Source of the DNA: an uncultured Bacteroidota bacterium
GTDB lineage: Bacteria; Bacteroidota; Bacteroidia; 2-12-FULL-35-15
DNA: 64,000 nucleotides
NCBI GenBank assembly: GCA_903847205.1
Contig: CAINDA010000004.1
Coordinates: 210-64,209 of the forward strand
Direction: 5' to 3'
Positions 63,177-64,000 of the stretch are shown piece by piece (the stretch's first letter is position 1; the number at the start of each line of letters is the position of its first letter). Both the position numbers and the translations under genes were made by a program. The notes under the pieces are model-generated. The model was not told the DNA's origin. It did no database searches and saw nothing but the letters and a program-made list of their open reading frames with translations.

Positions 63177-64000
63177 ATGAATCAAAGAGAAATCGCAAAA
63201 ATGAAAATGTACCCTGCTTTAAACATTTTTTTAACCGACCCGGCTGCTGCACTTATTATTGCCAATGATAATCCGTTTAAGGCTGCCGTAATTGAATATG
63301 GTGCTAAACTGCTTGTTGTAAATAATTGTGCAATTCCATTAAGTATTGACAACACTGTTTACAGCCAGGCAAAAACAGACGCCAAAGGGCTCATGGCAGA
63401 TGAAGCAGCTGCGCTTTCCGGCAGGGCTCTTGTCGCCTTAAATAAATTGAATAAAACAACTGAAGCCGGCCAGCTGCACATTTTCGCCAGCGACTATATG
63501 CATTTATCCGACCCTGAAGCGATAGCCTTAGGCCAGTCCGCACATGATTTATTAGCCGGTGCTGCCATTTTTCCTTTCATCAGCCCCGATTATGTAACTG
63601 CTCAGAATTTGTTAGATTATCAAGGCTTGGTTACAACGTACAGCGGTACACAGGGTACTTCTGCCGCCGTACATGCCGGTACACCGGAAGATCTCAAAAA
63701 CTTTAAAAAAGCTATTCTTGCTATCGACGGCACTATTGCCGATATGTTTTTATTAGCCGCATCTTATAAAAAAGAAGCCACTTCGGCATTTTACAGCGCG
63801 TTTATTGCCCAATCTACTATTCCAGCGGTTCACGTATCCCATACCTCTATGTCGCTGCTTGTTAAAAGAAAAACCGACAGTACAATTATAACCGGCGCTT
63901 CAGCTTCGCTGAGCAACAGCAAAAAAACGGGTACATCCGATGCTTCCGGAATCATTATTTTAGATCAAATCCGCCATGGCAATCCCACTCTCACTATTAA
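63177..64000 (+). CDS. hypothetical protein, paralogous in architecture to 1183..2130 (partial; runs off the right edge)
   Basis: Not in the ORF track (open at the edge). Hand translation from ATG 63177: MNQREIAKMKMYPALNIFLTDPAAALIIANDNPFKAAVIEYGAKLL...SLLVKRKTDSTIITGASASLSNSKKTGTSDASGIIILDQIRHGNPTLTI (beta-sandwich start). Confidence 0.5.
   Translation, partial: MNQREIAKMKMYPALNIFLTDPAAALIIANDNPFKAAVIEYGAKLLVVNNCAIPLSIDNTVYSQAKTDAKGLMADEAAALSGRALVALNKLNKTTEAGQLHIFASDYMHLSDPEAIALGQSAHDLLAGAAIFPFISPDYVTAQNLLDYQGLVTTYSGTQGTSAAVHAGTPEDLKNFKKAILAIDGTIADMFLLAASYKKEATSAFYSAFIAQSTIPAVHVSHTSMSLLVKRKTDSTIITGASASLSNSKKTGTSDASGIIILDQIRHGNPTLTI

Noticed and set aside
63046-63252. 68-aa minus-strand ORF
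   Set aside because: It overlaps the start of the better-supported plus-strand paralogue gene and lies in its promoter region. No motif.

Overview
All calls come from reading the sequence and the supplied ORF translations. No database search or computation was run, and motif coordinates were counted by hand, so family names are pattern-based. The window looks like a low-GC Bacteroidota chromosome segment. Supporting signs are T9SS C-terminal sorting domains, a TonB receptor with a CarboxypepD_reg N-terminus, split transketolase genes and ECF sigma modules.

**1..24.2 kb (mostly housekeeping):** TPR protein, TonB-dependent receptor, tRNA-Arg, lpxD, HU, M1 peptidase, PAS histidine kinase, ychF, split transketolase, ECF sigma module and fumarylacetoacetase.

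**24.3..49.1 kb (genomic island, about 24.8 kb):** It is inserted immediately after an intact tRNA-Leu(TAG) and bounded by a 49-bp direct repeat (48/49 identical) that contains the tRNA terminator hairpin. It carries a large serine recombinase and dense defence-type cargo:
- a Type I R-M operon (hsdR-X-Y-hsdM-hsdS) with two extra, translationally coupled genes: X is a membrane-anchored DUF4145/HEPN-like protein and Y is a PD-(D/E)xK nuclease-like protein
- a Septu-like ABC-ATPase/HNH pair coupled to hsdS
- McrBC
- a Fic protein downstream of an AbiEi-like (DUF6088-type) gene
- a metallophosphoesterase plus an unknown gene
- an AbiEi/AbiEii cassette flanked by about 80-bp direct repeats

The island also holds several phased operator-like repeat arrays, a perfect 26-bp inverted repeat and a degenerate internal copy of the attR-plus-flank sequence.

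**49.2..64 kb:** MFS transporter, PPK2, a type III PKS / methyltransferase / FAD-monooxygenase / UbiA (frameshifted) phenolic-lipid-like cluster containing a DJ-1/PfpI-cytochrome c peroxidase fusion, a REP/MITE-like palindromic element and a 1001-aa T9SS NIDO-domain surface protein.

**Best candidate for an undescribed system:** the two-gene insert inside the Type I R-M operon (31696..33205).
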